The notes under the pieces: generated by a model
Told to the model about the DNA's origin: nothing
What the model saw: only the letters and a program-made list of their open reading frames with translations
The model's database searches: none
Assembly: GCA_002269645.1 (NCBI GenBank)
Contig: NIVC01000326.1
Location: 310,001-374,000 of the forward strand
Length of the DNA stretch: 64,000 bases
Reading direction: 5' to 3'
Source of the DNA: Macrostomum lignano
Taxonomy: Eukaryota
In this document: positions 30,801-43,300 of the stretch, piece by piece
Position numbering within the stretch: the first letter of the stretch is position 1
Layout of the letters: the number at the start of each line of letters is the position of its first letter
Program-made: the position numbers and the translations under genes

Positions 30801-33800
30801 TGAGAGGCATGAGGATCAGAGGATTTGAGAGCCATGGGGATCAGAGGATTTGAGAGCCATGGGGATCAGAGGATTTGAGAGCCATGGGGATCAGAGGATT
30901 AGAGGCATGGGGATCAGAGGATTTGAGAGGCATCGGGATCAGAGGATTAGAGAGGCATGGGGATCAGAGGATTAGAGCCATGGGGATCAGAGGATTAGAG
31001 AGGCATGGGGATCAGAGGATTAGAGCCATGGGGATCAGAGGATTTGAGAGCCATGGGGATCAGAGGATTTGAGAGCCATGGGGATCAGAGGATTTGAGAG
31101 CCATGGGGATCAGAGGATTTGAGAGGCATGGGGATCAGAGGATTTGAGAGGCATGGGGATCAGAGGATTATAGAGCCACGGGGATCAGAGGATTAGAGAG
31201 CCATGGGGATGAGAGGATTCGAGAGCCATGGGGATCAGAGGATTTGAGAGGCATGGGGATGAGAGGATTTGAGAGGCATGGGGATCAGAGGATTTGAGAG
31301 GCATGGGGATCAGAGGATTTGAGAGGCATGGGGATGAGAGGATTTGAGAGGCATGGGGATCAGAGGATTTGAGAGCCATGGGGATCAGAGGATTAGAGAG
31401 CCATGGGGATCAGAGGATTAGAGAGGCATGGGGATCAGAGGATTAGAGAGCCATGGGGATCAGAGGATTAGAGATGCATGGGGAGCAGAGGATTAGAGAC
31501 CTAATAAGGATTAGAGGTCTAATGAGACTCATAGCATTAAAGGCCTGGAATCAAAGATATGAGCAGGCTTGGAATGATTAAATTACAATTCGCAACAGGG
31601 ATCAAGCCTACCTAAGCTCCACATGAGCGCTCCGTACACCCGCATGAGCTGTTGCGAGTCTATCATATCGGCTTTGTTGAGCACAATCCGAATCTTATCC
31701 TCGTAGCCCTTCATGCTCTCGATGACGGCCTTGAACTCGTCAGAGATGTCCAGCTTGTGCGCGTCGAACAGCAGGACGATCCGGTCAACCCGGGCGGCGA
31801 ACCATTCGATCACCTCGTTCATGGAGTAGCCGCGGTCCACCCGCTGCTTCTCGCCTAAGGTGTGCCGGTTTAATAGTAGTCCATGAAGCAGGTCATTCAC
31901 TGGGTTATACAGTGATCCATGGAGCAGGTATACACTGGGTCATGCAGTGATCTATGAAGCAGGTAATACACTGGGTCATGCAGTGATCCATGAAGCAGGT
32001 ATACACTGGGTCATGCAGTGATCCATGAAGCAGGTATACACTGGGTCATGCAGTGATCTATGAAGGTCATACACTGGGTCATGCAGTGATCCATGAAGCA
32101 GGTCATACACTGGGTCATACAGTGGTCCATGAAGCAGTTCATATACTGGGTCATAGTGGTTCATGCTGTAGGTCATACACGGATCATACAGTGGTTCATG
32201 AATGTCATACACTGGGTCATATAGTGCTTCATGGAGCAGGTCATACACTGGGTCATGCAGTGAACTATGAAGCAGGTAATACACTGGGTCATGCAGTGAT
32301 CCATGAAGAATGTAATACACTGGGTCATGCAGTGATCCATGAAGCAGGTAATACACTGGGTCATGCAGTGATCTATGAAGCATGTAATACACTGGGTCAT
32401 GCAGTGATCTATGAAGCATGTAATACACTGGGTCATGCAGTGATCCATGAAGCATGCAATACACTGGGTCATGCAGTGATCCATGAAGCATGTAATACAC
32501 TGGGTCATGCAGTGATCTATGAAGGTCATACACTGGGTCATGCAGTGATCCATGAAGCATGTAATACACTGGGTCATGCAGTGATCTATGAAGCATGTAA
32601 TACACTGGGTCATGCAGTGATCTATGAAGCATGTAATACACTGGGTCATGCAGTGATCCATGAAGCATGTAATACACTGGGTCATGCAGTGATCCATGAA
32701 GCATGTAATACACTGGGTCACGCAGTGATCCATGAAGCATGTAATACACTGGGTCATGCAGTGATCCATGAAGCATGTAATACACTGGGTCATGCAGTGA
32801 TCTATGAAGGTCATACACTGGGTCATGCAGTGATCCATGAAGCAGGTCATACACTGGGTCATGCAGTGATCCATGAAGCAGGTCATACACTCGGTCATGC
32901 AGTGATCCATGAAGCAGTTCCCAAGCCCTTCTCCTTCAGCAGTGACTTACCAGACAAGATCCCGGGAGTATCAATAATAGAAATTGACTTGAGCACTTCG
33001 TTATTGAGAGTTGAGCACTGGAAGCGGTTCAGAAAGGCGTTGCCGAACCGAGACAGCGGCCGGAAGGGCTTCTGGGTGTCCACCACCAGGGCGTTGCCGG
33101 GCACAACTCCCTCGTGCTCATCGTGCATCACGGCAATGAAGCGATCTGTAGTTGGCTCCGGGCCAATCCGAATGCCGGGGAAATCGGTCTCAAGCAGGTA
33201 TTTGATGAAGGTGGTCTTGCCTGTTGAGTACTGACCAACCAGCAGGATCATTGGCTTGCTGCAACAAAAAACCCAGCTCGCAGTAAACATCCACGTTGGT
33301 TTTAGGAATCAAGGACTTCTTTTACGATCATGAATCCCAAAATCTCCCCATTGAGATCGTGAATCCGAAAATCTCCCATTTGTGATTATGACTTCCAAAA
33401 TCTCCCATTTGAGATCATGAATCCCAAAAATCGCCCATTTGAGATTATGAATCCCAAAAAGTCTCTTTTGAGATTATGAATCCCAAAAAGTCTCTTTTGA
33501 GATCATGAATTCCAAAAATCTCCCTATTGAGATCATGAATCCCAAAAATCTCCCATTTGAGATCATGAATCCGAAAAACTCCCATTTGAGATCATGAATC
33601 CGAAAAACTCCCATTTGAGATCATGAATCCCAAAAAATCTCCCCAATAAGATAATGAATCCCAAAAATCTTCCATTTGAGATTATGAATCCCAAAAATAT
33701 CAATGTGAGATTAGAAAAGTCACCCGAATGTCCCTTTGAGAATCAGAACCCCAAATCTCACCAATTCAACTTAAACTTGAAATCTCAAAATCCCCTCCTT

Positions 33801-34050
33801 GAGAATAGGAGTAAAAATATTAAAATTGGCCAGTCCAAAAATCTGTCTAATTAAAATCACTCAGGCACTGCGGCCAAAAGACTCACCTGTAAAAGTCAGC
33901 ATCCTCCAGTGCTGGCTGGTGAAACTCATGGAACTTGTAGGCTTCCTCAAGTGGCAACAATTTGTTTTTATAGATCTTCCTCATGCCACTGGCCACAGAG
34001 TCAAAGGTTTCAGAGTCATGATCTTCTTGTTTGCGCAGGAAGGAGAACAT
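27856..34050 (-). CDS. EHD1: EH-domain-containing protein (EHD1-4 / RME-1 / Past1 family), dynamin-like ATPase
   Basis: Exons 34050-33887, 33258-32951, 31854-31612, 30057-29582 and 28263-27856 total 1599 nt (532 aa). It has the P-loop GQYSTGKT, GPEPTTD, DTPGILSGEKQR, NKAD and a C-terminal EH domain (KLPFQQLGKIWKLADIDQDGMLDIDEFALAKYLI...LPDHLMPPSK). The specific paralog cannot be assigned. Confidence 0.96.
28294..29530. repeat. 32-bp minisatellite (28294-28817) followed by a related degenerate array in EHD intron 4
   Basis: Unit atatgggatctctgcgatgttttgggatttca, then gggatttctcaaagacacaggtgggatttcaatat. Confidence 0.95.
30066..31500. repeat. 22-24 bp minisatellite in EHD intron 3
   Basis: Unit gagagccatggggatcagaggatt(t). 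Confidence 0.97.
31895..32917. repeat. 30-bp minisatellite in EHD intron 2
   Basis: Unit atacactgggtcatgcagtgatccatgaagcatgta with variants. Confidence 0.97.
33325..33690. repeat. ~30-bp minisatellite in EHD intron 1
   Basis: Unit gagatcatgaatcccaaaaatctcccattt. Confidence 0.93.
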
Positions 34051-34349
34051 GATGAGCAGCTGATGGTGGTCTAAAAAGCTGCAGATAGAAAGTAAATATA
34101 AATATTTGTTGTCAAACAAGCAACTATTAACCATAGTTTCTACTATGGTCATAATGAAGGTTGATTAAAATTTTTACATGGTTATTTAAAAACTTGACAC
34201 ATATAACTAATGAATATAATAAAAATATGAAAATTTTATCTATAGCATAATAACTTTAAGTAATGAAGTTAAACCCATCGGTCTTACAGACTTATTGGAT
34301 TTTTACCACTCAGTCAACATGAAGAATGTTTACTGTTGTTCAGATAATT

Positions 34350-37300
34350 TTGTGGTGATTTCTGTAGACACATTTCGGCTTTCACTAACTGAGTCTGGGC
34401 ACCCACCTGCCATATTTGAGTCATGTATATATGTCCAGTTACGTAGATAAAAGGCACTTTTAACAGAAATGGCAGAGTTAAATGGACTTTTGGGTGTTCA
34501 GATCGGCTTCTTTGCAAGTACTCCAAATGCATGATAGCATCCAGATCATTTGTGGTGATTTCTGTGGACACATTTCGGCTTTCACTAACTGAGTCTGGGC
34601 ACCCACCTGCCATATTTGAGTCATGTATATATGTCCAGTTACGTAGATAAAAGGCACTTTTAACAGAAATGGCAGAGTTAAATGGACTTTTGGGTGTTCA
34701 GATCGGCTTCTTTGCAAGTACTCCAAATGCATGATAGCATCCAGATCATTTGTGGTGATTTCTGTGGACACATTTCGGCTTTCACTAACTGAGTCTGGGC
34801 ACCCACCTGCCATATTTGAGTCATGTATATATGTCCAGTTACGTAGATAAAAGGCACTTTTAACAGAAATGGCAGAGTTAAATGGACTTTTGGGTGTTCA
34901 GATCGGCTTCTTTGCAAGTACTCCAAATGCATGATAGCATCCAGATCATTTGTGGTGATTTCTGTGGACACATTTCGGCTTTCACTAACTGAGTCTGGGC
35001 ACCCACCTGCTATATTTGAGTCATGTATATATGTCCAGTTACGTAGATAAAAGGCACTTTTAACAGAAATGGCAGAGTTAAATGGACTTTTGGGTGTTCA
35101 GATCGGCTTCTTTGCAAGTACTCCAAATGCATGATAGCATCCAGATCATTTGTGGTGATTTCTGTGGACACATTTCGGCTTTCACTAACTGAGTCTGGGC
35201 ACCCACCTGCCATATTTGAGTCATGTATATATGTCCAGTTACGTAGATAAAAGGCACTTTTAACAGAAATGGCAGAGTTAAATGGACTTTTGGGTGTTCA
35301 GATCGGCTTCTTTGCAAGTACTCCAAATGCATGATAGCATCCAGATCATTTGTGGTGATTTCTGTGGACACATTTCGGCTTTCACTAACTGAGTCTGGGC
35401 ACCCACCTGCCATATTTGAGTCATGTATATATGTCCAGTTACGTAGATAAAAGGCACTTTTAACAGAAATGGCAGAGTTAAATGGACTTTTGGGTGTTCA
35501 GATCGGCTTCTTTGCAAGTACTCCAAATGCATGATAGCATCCAGATCATTTGTGGTGATTTCTGTGGACACATTTCGGCTTTCACTAACTGAGTCTGGGC
35601 ACCCACCTGCCATATTTGAGTCATGTATATATGTCCAGTTACGTAGATAAAAGGCACTTTTAACAGAAATGGCAGAGTTAAATGGACTTTTGGGTGTTCA
35701 GATCGGCTTCTTTGCAAGTACTCCAAATGCATGATAGCATCCAGATCATTTGTGGTGATTTCTGTGGACACATTTCGGCTTTCACTAACTGAGTCTGGGC
35801 ACCCACCTGCCATATTTGAGTCATGTATATATGTCCAGTTACGTAGATAAAAGGCACTTTTAACAGAAATGGCAGAGTTAAATGGACTTTTGGGTGTTCA
35901 GATCGGCTTCTTTGCAAGTACTCCAAATGCATGATAGCATCCAGATCATTTGTGGTGATTTCTGTGGACACATTTCGGCTTTCACTAACTGAGTCTGGGC
36001 ACCCACCTGCCATATTTGAGTCATGTATATATGTCCAGTTACGTAGATAAAAGGCACTTTTAACAGAAATGGCAGAGTTAAATGGACTTTTGGGTGTTCA
36101 GATCGGCTTCTTTGCAAGTACTCCAAATGCATGATAGCATCCAGATCATTTGTGGTGATTTCTGTGGACACATTTCGGCTTTCACTAACTGAGTCTGGGC
36201 ACCCACCTGCCATATTTGAGTCATGTATATATGTCCAGTTACGTAGATAAAAGGCACTTTTAACAGAAATGGCAGAGTTAAATGGACTTTTGGGTGTTCA
36301 GATCGGCTTCTTTGCAAGTACTCCAAATGCATGATAGCATCCAGATCATTTGTGGTGATTTCTGTGGACACATTTCGGCTTTCACTAACTGAGTCTGGGC
36401 ACCCACCTGCCATATTTGAGTCATGTATATATGTCCAGTTACGTAGATAAAAGGCACTTTTAACAGAAATGGCAGAGTTAAATGGACTTTTGGGTGTTCA
36501 GATCGGCTTCTTTGCAAGTACTCCAAATGCATGATAGCATCCAGATCATTTGTGGTGATTTCTGTGGACACATTTCGGCTTTCACTAACTGAGTCTGGGC
36601 ACCCACCTGCCATATTTGAGTCATGTATATATGTCCAGTTACGTAGATAAAAGGCACTTTTAACAGAAATGGCAGAGTTAAATGGACTTTTGGGTGTTCA
36701 GATCGGCTTCTTTGCAAGTACTCCAAATGCATGATAGCATCCAGATCATTTGTGGTGATTTCTGTGGACACATTTCGGCTTTCACTAACTGAGTCTGGGC
36801 ACCCACCTGCCATATTTGAGTCATGTATATATGTCCAGTTACGTAGATAAAAGGCACTTTTAACAGAAATGGCAGAGTTAAATGGACTTTTGGGTGTTCA
36901 GATCGGCTTCTTTGCAAGTACTCCAAATGCATGATAGCATCCAGATCATTTGTGGTGATTTCTGTGGACACATTTCGGCTTTCACTAACTGAGTCTGGGC
37001 ACCCACCTGCCATATTTGAGTCATGTATATATGTCCAGTTACGTAGATAAAAGGCACTTTTAACAGAAATGGCAGAGTTAAATGGACTTTTGGGTGTTCA
37101 GATCGGCTTCTTTGCAAGTACTCCAAATGCATGATAGCATCCAGATCATTTGTGGTGATTTCTGTGGACACATTTCGGCTTTCACTAACTGAGTCTGGGC
37201 ACCCACCTGCCATATTTGAGTCATGTATATATGTCCAGTTACGTAGATAAAAGGCACTTTTAACAGAAATGGCAGAGTTAAATGGACTTTTGGGTGTTCA

Positions 37301-40300
37301 GATCGGCTTCTTTGCAAGTACTCCAAATGCATGATAGCATCCAGATCATTTGTGGTGATTTCTGTGGACACATTTCGGCTTTCACTAACTGAGTCTGGGC
37401 ACCCACCTGCCATATTTGAGTCATGTATATATGTCCAGTTACGTAGATAAAAGGCACTTTTAACAGAAATGGCAGAGTTAAATGGACTTTTGGGTGTTCA
37501 GATCGGCTTCTTTGCAAGTACTCCAAATGCATGATAGCATCCAGATCATTTGTGGTGATTTCTGTGGACACATTTCGGCTTTCACTAACTGAGTCTGGGC
37601 ACCCACCTGCCATATTTGAGTCATGTATATATGTCCAGTTACGTAGATAAAAGGCACTTTTAACAGAAATGGCAGAGTTAAATGGACTTTTGGGTGTTCA
37701 GATCGGCTTCTTTGCAAGTACTCCAAATGCATGATAGCATCCAGATCATTTGTGGTGATTTCTGTGGACACATTTCGGCTTTCACTAACTGAGTCTGGGC
37801 ACCCACCTGCCATATTTGAGTCATGTATATATGTCCAGTTACGTAGATAAAAGGCACTTTTAACAGAAATGGCAGAGTTAAATGGACTTTTGGGTGTTCA
37901 GATCGGCTTCTTTGCAAGTACTCCAAATGCATGATAGCATCCAGATCATTTGTGGTGATTTCTGTGGACACATTTCGGCTTTCACTAACTGAGTCTGGGC
38001 ACCCACCTGCCATATTTGAGTCATGTATATATGTCCAGTTACGTAGATAAAAGGCACTTTTAACAGAAATGGCAGAGTTAAATGGACTTTTGGGTGTTCA
38101 GATCGGCTTCTTTGCAAGTACTCCAAATGCATGATAGCATCCAGATCATTTGTGGTGATTTCTGTGGACACATTTCGGCTTTCACTAACTGAGTCTGGGC
38201 ACCCACCTGCCATATTTGAGTCATGTATATATGTCCAGTTACGTAGATAAAAGGCACTTTTAACAGAAATGGCAGAGTTAAATGGACTTTTGGGTGTTCA
38301 GATCGGCTTCTTTGCAAGTACTCCAAATGCATGATAGCATCCAGATCATTTGTGGTGATTTCTGTGGACACATTTCGGCTTTCACTAACTGAGTCTGGGC
38401 ACCCACCTGCCATATTTGAGTCATGTATATATGTCCAGTTACGTAGATAAAAGGCACTTTTAACAGAAATGGCAGAGTTAAATGGACTTTTGGGTGTTCA
38501 GATCGGCTTCTTTGCAAGTACTCCAAATGCATGATAGCATCCAGATCATTTGTGGTGATTTCTGTGGACACATTTCGGCTTTCACTAACTGAGTCTGGGC
38601 ACCCACCTGCCATATTTGAGTCATGTATATATGTCCAGTTACGTAGATAAAAGGCACTTTTAACAGAAATGGCAGAGTTAAATGGACTTTTGGGTGTTCA
38701 GATCGGCTTCTTTGCAAGTACTCCAAATGCATGATAGCATCCAGATCATTTGTGGTGATTTCTGTGGACACATTTCGGCTTTCACTAACTGAGTCTGGGC
38801 ACCCACCTGCCATATTTGAGTCATGTATATATGTCCAGTTACGTAGATAAAAGGCACTTTTAACAGAAATGGCAGAGTTAAATGGACTTTTGGGTGTTCA
38901 GATCGGCTTCTTTGCAAGTACTCCAAATGCATGATAGCATCCAGATCATTTGTGGTGATTTCTGTGGACACATTTCGGCTTTCACTAACTGAGTCTGGGC
39001 ACCCACCTGCCATATTTGAGTCATGTATATATGTCCAGTTACGTAGATAAAAGGCACTTTTAACAGAAATGGCAGAGTTAAATGGACTTTTGGGTGTTCA
39101 GATCGGCTTCTTTGCAAGTACTCCAAATGCATGATAGCATCCAGATCATTTGTGGTGATTTCTGTGGACACATTTCGGCTTTCACTAACTGAGTCTGGGC
39201 ACCCACCTGCCATATTTGAGTCATGTATATATGTCCAGTTACGTAGATAAAAGGCACTTTTAACAGAAATGGCAGAGTTAAATGGACTTTTGGGTGTTCA
39301 GATCGGCTTCTTTGCAAGTACTCCAAATGCATGATAGCATCCAGATCATTTGTGGTGATTTCTGTGGACACATTTCGGCTTTCACTAACTGAGTCTGGGC
39401 ACCCACCTGCCATATTTGAGTCATGTATATATGTCCAGTTACGTAGATAAAAGGCACTTTTAACAGAAATGGCAGAGTTAAATGGACTTTTGGGTGTTCA
39501 GATCGGCTTCTTTGCAAGTACTCCAAATGCATGATAGCATCCAGATCATTTGTGGTGATTTCTGTGGACACATTTCGGCTTTCACTAACTGAGTCTGGGC
39601 ACCCACCTGCCATATTTGAGTCATGTATATATGTCCAGTTACGTAGATAAAAGGCACTTTTAACAGAAATGGCAGAGTTAAATGGACTTTTGGGTGTTCA
39701 GATCGGCTTCTTTGCAAGTACTCCAAATGCATGATAGCATCCAGATCATTTGTGGTGATTTCTGTGGACACATTTCGGCTTTCACTAACTGAGTCTGGGC
39801 ACCCACCTGCCATATTTGAGTCATGTATATATGTCCAGTTACGTAGATAAAAGGCACTTTTAACAGAAATGGCAGAGTTAAATGGACTTTTGGGTGTTCA
39901 GATCGGCTTCTTTGCAAGTACTCCAAATGCATGATAGCATCCAGATCATTTGTGGTGATTTCTGTGGACACATTTCGGCTTTCACTAACTGAGTCTGGGC
40001 ACCCACCTGCCATATTTGAGTCATGTATATATGTCCAGTTACGTAGATAAAAGGCACTTTTAACAGAAATGGCAGAGTTAAATGGACTTTTGGGTGTTCA
40101 GATCGGCTTCTTTGCAAGTACTCCAAATGCATGATAGCATCCAGATCATTTGTGGTGATTTCTGTGGACACATTTCGGCTTTCACTAACTGAGTCTGGGC
40201 ACCCACCTGCCATATTTGAGTCATGTATATATGTCCAGTTACGTAGATAAAAGGCACTTTTAACAGAAATGGCAGAGTTAAATGGACTTTTGGGTGTTCA

Positions 40301-43300
40301 GATCGGCTTCTTTGCAAGTACTCCAAATGCATGATAGCATCCAGATCATTTGTGGTGATTTCTGTGGACACATTTCGGCTTTCACTAACTGAGTCTGGGC
40401 ACCCACCTGCCATATTTGAGTCATGTATATATGTCCAGTTACGTAGATAAAAGGCACTTTTAACAGAAATGGCAGAGTTAAATGGACTTTTGGGTGTTCA
40501 GATCGGCTTCTTTGCAAGTACTCCAAATGCATGATAGCATCCAGATCATTTGTGGTGATTTCTGTGGACACATTTCGGCTTTCACTAACTGAGTCTGGGC
40601 ACCCACCTGCCATATTTGAGTCATGTATATATGTCCAGTTACGTAGATAAAAGGCACTTTTAACAGAAATGGCAGAGTTAAATGGACTTTTGGGTGTTCA
40701 GATCGGCTTCTTTGCAAGTACTCCAAATGCATGATAGCATCCAGATCATTTGTGGTGATTTCTGTGGACACATTTCGGCTTTCACTAACTGAGTCTGGGC
40801 ACCCACCTGCCATATTTGAGTCATGTATATATGTCCAGTTACGTAGATAAAAGGCACTTTTAACAGAAATGGCAGAGTTAAATGGACTTTTGGGTGTTCA
40901 GATCGGCTTCTTTGCAAGTACTCCAAATGCATGATAGCATCCAGATCATTTGTGGTGATTTCTGTGGACACATTTCGGCTTTCACTAACTGAGTCTGGGC
41001 ACCCACCTGCCATATTTGAGTCATGTATATATGTCCAGTTACGTAGATAAAAGGCACTTTTAACAGAAATGGCAGAGTTAAATGGACTTTTGGGTGTTCA
41101 GATCGGCTTCTTTGCAAGTACTCCAAATGCATGATAGCATCCAGATCATTTGTGGTGATTTCTGTGGACACATTTCGGCTTTCACTAACTGAGTCTGGGC
41201 ACCCACCTGCCATATTTGAGTCATGTATATATGTCCAGTTACGTAGATAAAAGGCACTTTTAACAGAAATGGCAGAGTTAAATGGACTTTTGGGTGTTCA
41301 GATCGGCTTCTTTGCAAGTACTCCAAATGCATGATAGCATCCAGATCATTTGTGGTGATTTCTGTGGACACATTTCGGCTTTCACTAACTGAGTCTGGGC
41401 ACCCACCTGCCATATTTGAGTCATGTATATATGTCCAGTTACGTAGATAAAAGGCACTTTTAACAGAAATGGCAGAGTTAAATGGACTTTTGGGTGTTCA
41501 GATCGGCTTCTTTGCAAGTACTCCAAATGCATGATAGCATCCAGATCATTTGTGGTGATTTCTGTGGACACATTTCGGCTTTCACTAACTGAGTCTGGGC
41601 ACCCACCTGCCATATTTGAGTCATGTATATATGTCCAGTTACGTAGATAAAAGGCACTTTTAACAGAAATGGCAGAGTTAAATGGACTTTTGGGTGTTCA
41701 GATCGGCTTCTTTGCAAGTACTCCAAATGCATGATAGCATCCAGATCATTTGTGGTGATTTCTGTGGACACATTTCGGCTTTCACTAACTGAGTCTGGGC
41801 ACCCACCTGCCATATTTGAGTCATGTATATATGTCCAGTTACGTAGATAAAAGGCACTTTTAACAGAAATGGCAGAGTTAAATGGACTTTTGGGTGTTCA
41901 GATCGGCTTCTTTGCAAGTACTCCAAATGCATGATAGCATCCAGATCATTTGTGGTGATTTCTGTGGACACATTTCGGCTTTCACTAACTGAGTCTGGGC
42001 ACCCACCTGCCATATTTGAGTCATGTATATATGTCCAGTTACGTAGATAAAAGGCACTTTTAACAGAAATGGCAGAGTTAAATGGACTTTTGGGTGTTCA
42101 GATCGGCTTCTTTGCAAGTACTCCAAATGCATGATAGCATCCAGATCATTTGTGGTGATTTCTGTGGACACATTTCGGCTTTCACTAACTGAGTCTGGGC
42201 ACCCACCTGCCATATTTGAGTCATGTATATATGTCCAGTTACGTAGATAAAAGGCACTTTTAACAGAAATGGCAGAGTTAAATGGACTTTTGGGTGTTCA
42301 GATCGGCTTCTTTGCAAGTACTCCAAATGCATGATAGCATCCAGATCATTTGTGGTGATTTCTGTGGACACATTTCGGCTTTCACTAACTGAGTCTGGGC
42401 ACCCACCTGCCATATTTGAGTCATGTATATATGTCCAGTTACGTAGATAAAAGGCACTTTTAACAGAAATGGCAGAGTTAAATGGACTTTTGGGTGTTCA
42501 GATCGGCTTCTTTGCAAGTACTCCAAATGCATGATAGCATCCAGATCATTTGTGGTGATTTCTGTGGACACATTTCGGCTTTCACTAACTGAGTCTGGGC
42601 ACCCACCTGCCATATTTGAGTCATGTATATATGTCCAGTTACGTAGATAAAAGGCACTTTTAACAGAAATGGCAGAGTTAAATGGACTTTTGGGTGTTCA
42701 GATCGGCTTCTTTGCAAGTACTCCAAATGCATGATAGCATCCAGATCATTTGTGGTGATTTCTGTGGACACATTTCGGCTTTCACTAACTGAGTCTGGGC
42801 ACCCACCTGCCATATTTGAGTCATGTATATATGTCCAGTTACGTAGATAAAAGGCACTTTTAACAGAAATGGCAGAGTTAAATGGACTTTTGGGTGTTCA
42901 GATCGGCTTCTTTGCAAGTACTCCAAATGCATGATAGCATCCAGATCATTTGTGGTGATTTCTGTGGACACATTTCGGCTTTCACTAACTGAGTCTGGGC
43001 ACCCACCTGCCATATTTGAGTCATGTATATATGTCCAGTTACGTAGATAAAAGGCACTTTTAACAGAAATGGCAGAGTTAAATGGACTTTTGGGTGTTCA
43101 GATCGGCTTCTTTGCAAGTACTCCAAATGCATGATAGCATCCAGATCATTTGTGGTGATTTCTGTGGACACATTTCGGCTTTCACTAACTGAGTCTGGGC
43201 ACCCACCTGCCATATTTGAGTCATGTATATATGTCCAGTTACGTAGATAAAAGGCACTTTTAACAGAAATGGCAGAGTTAAATGGACTTTTGGGTGTTCA

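Noticed and set aside
34530-34600. C/D-box snoRNA or SL RNA inside the satellite unit
   Set aside because: The C-box candidates are degenerate, the C-to-D spacing (~30-38 nt) is too short, and there is no ATG|GT plus Sm-site arrangement.
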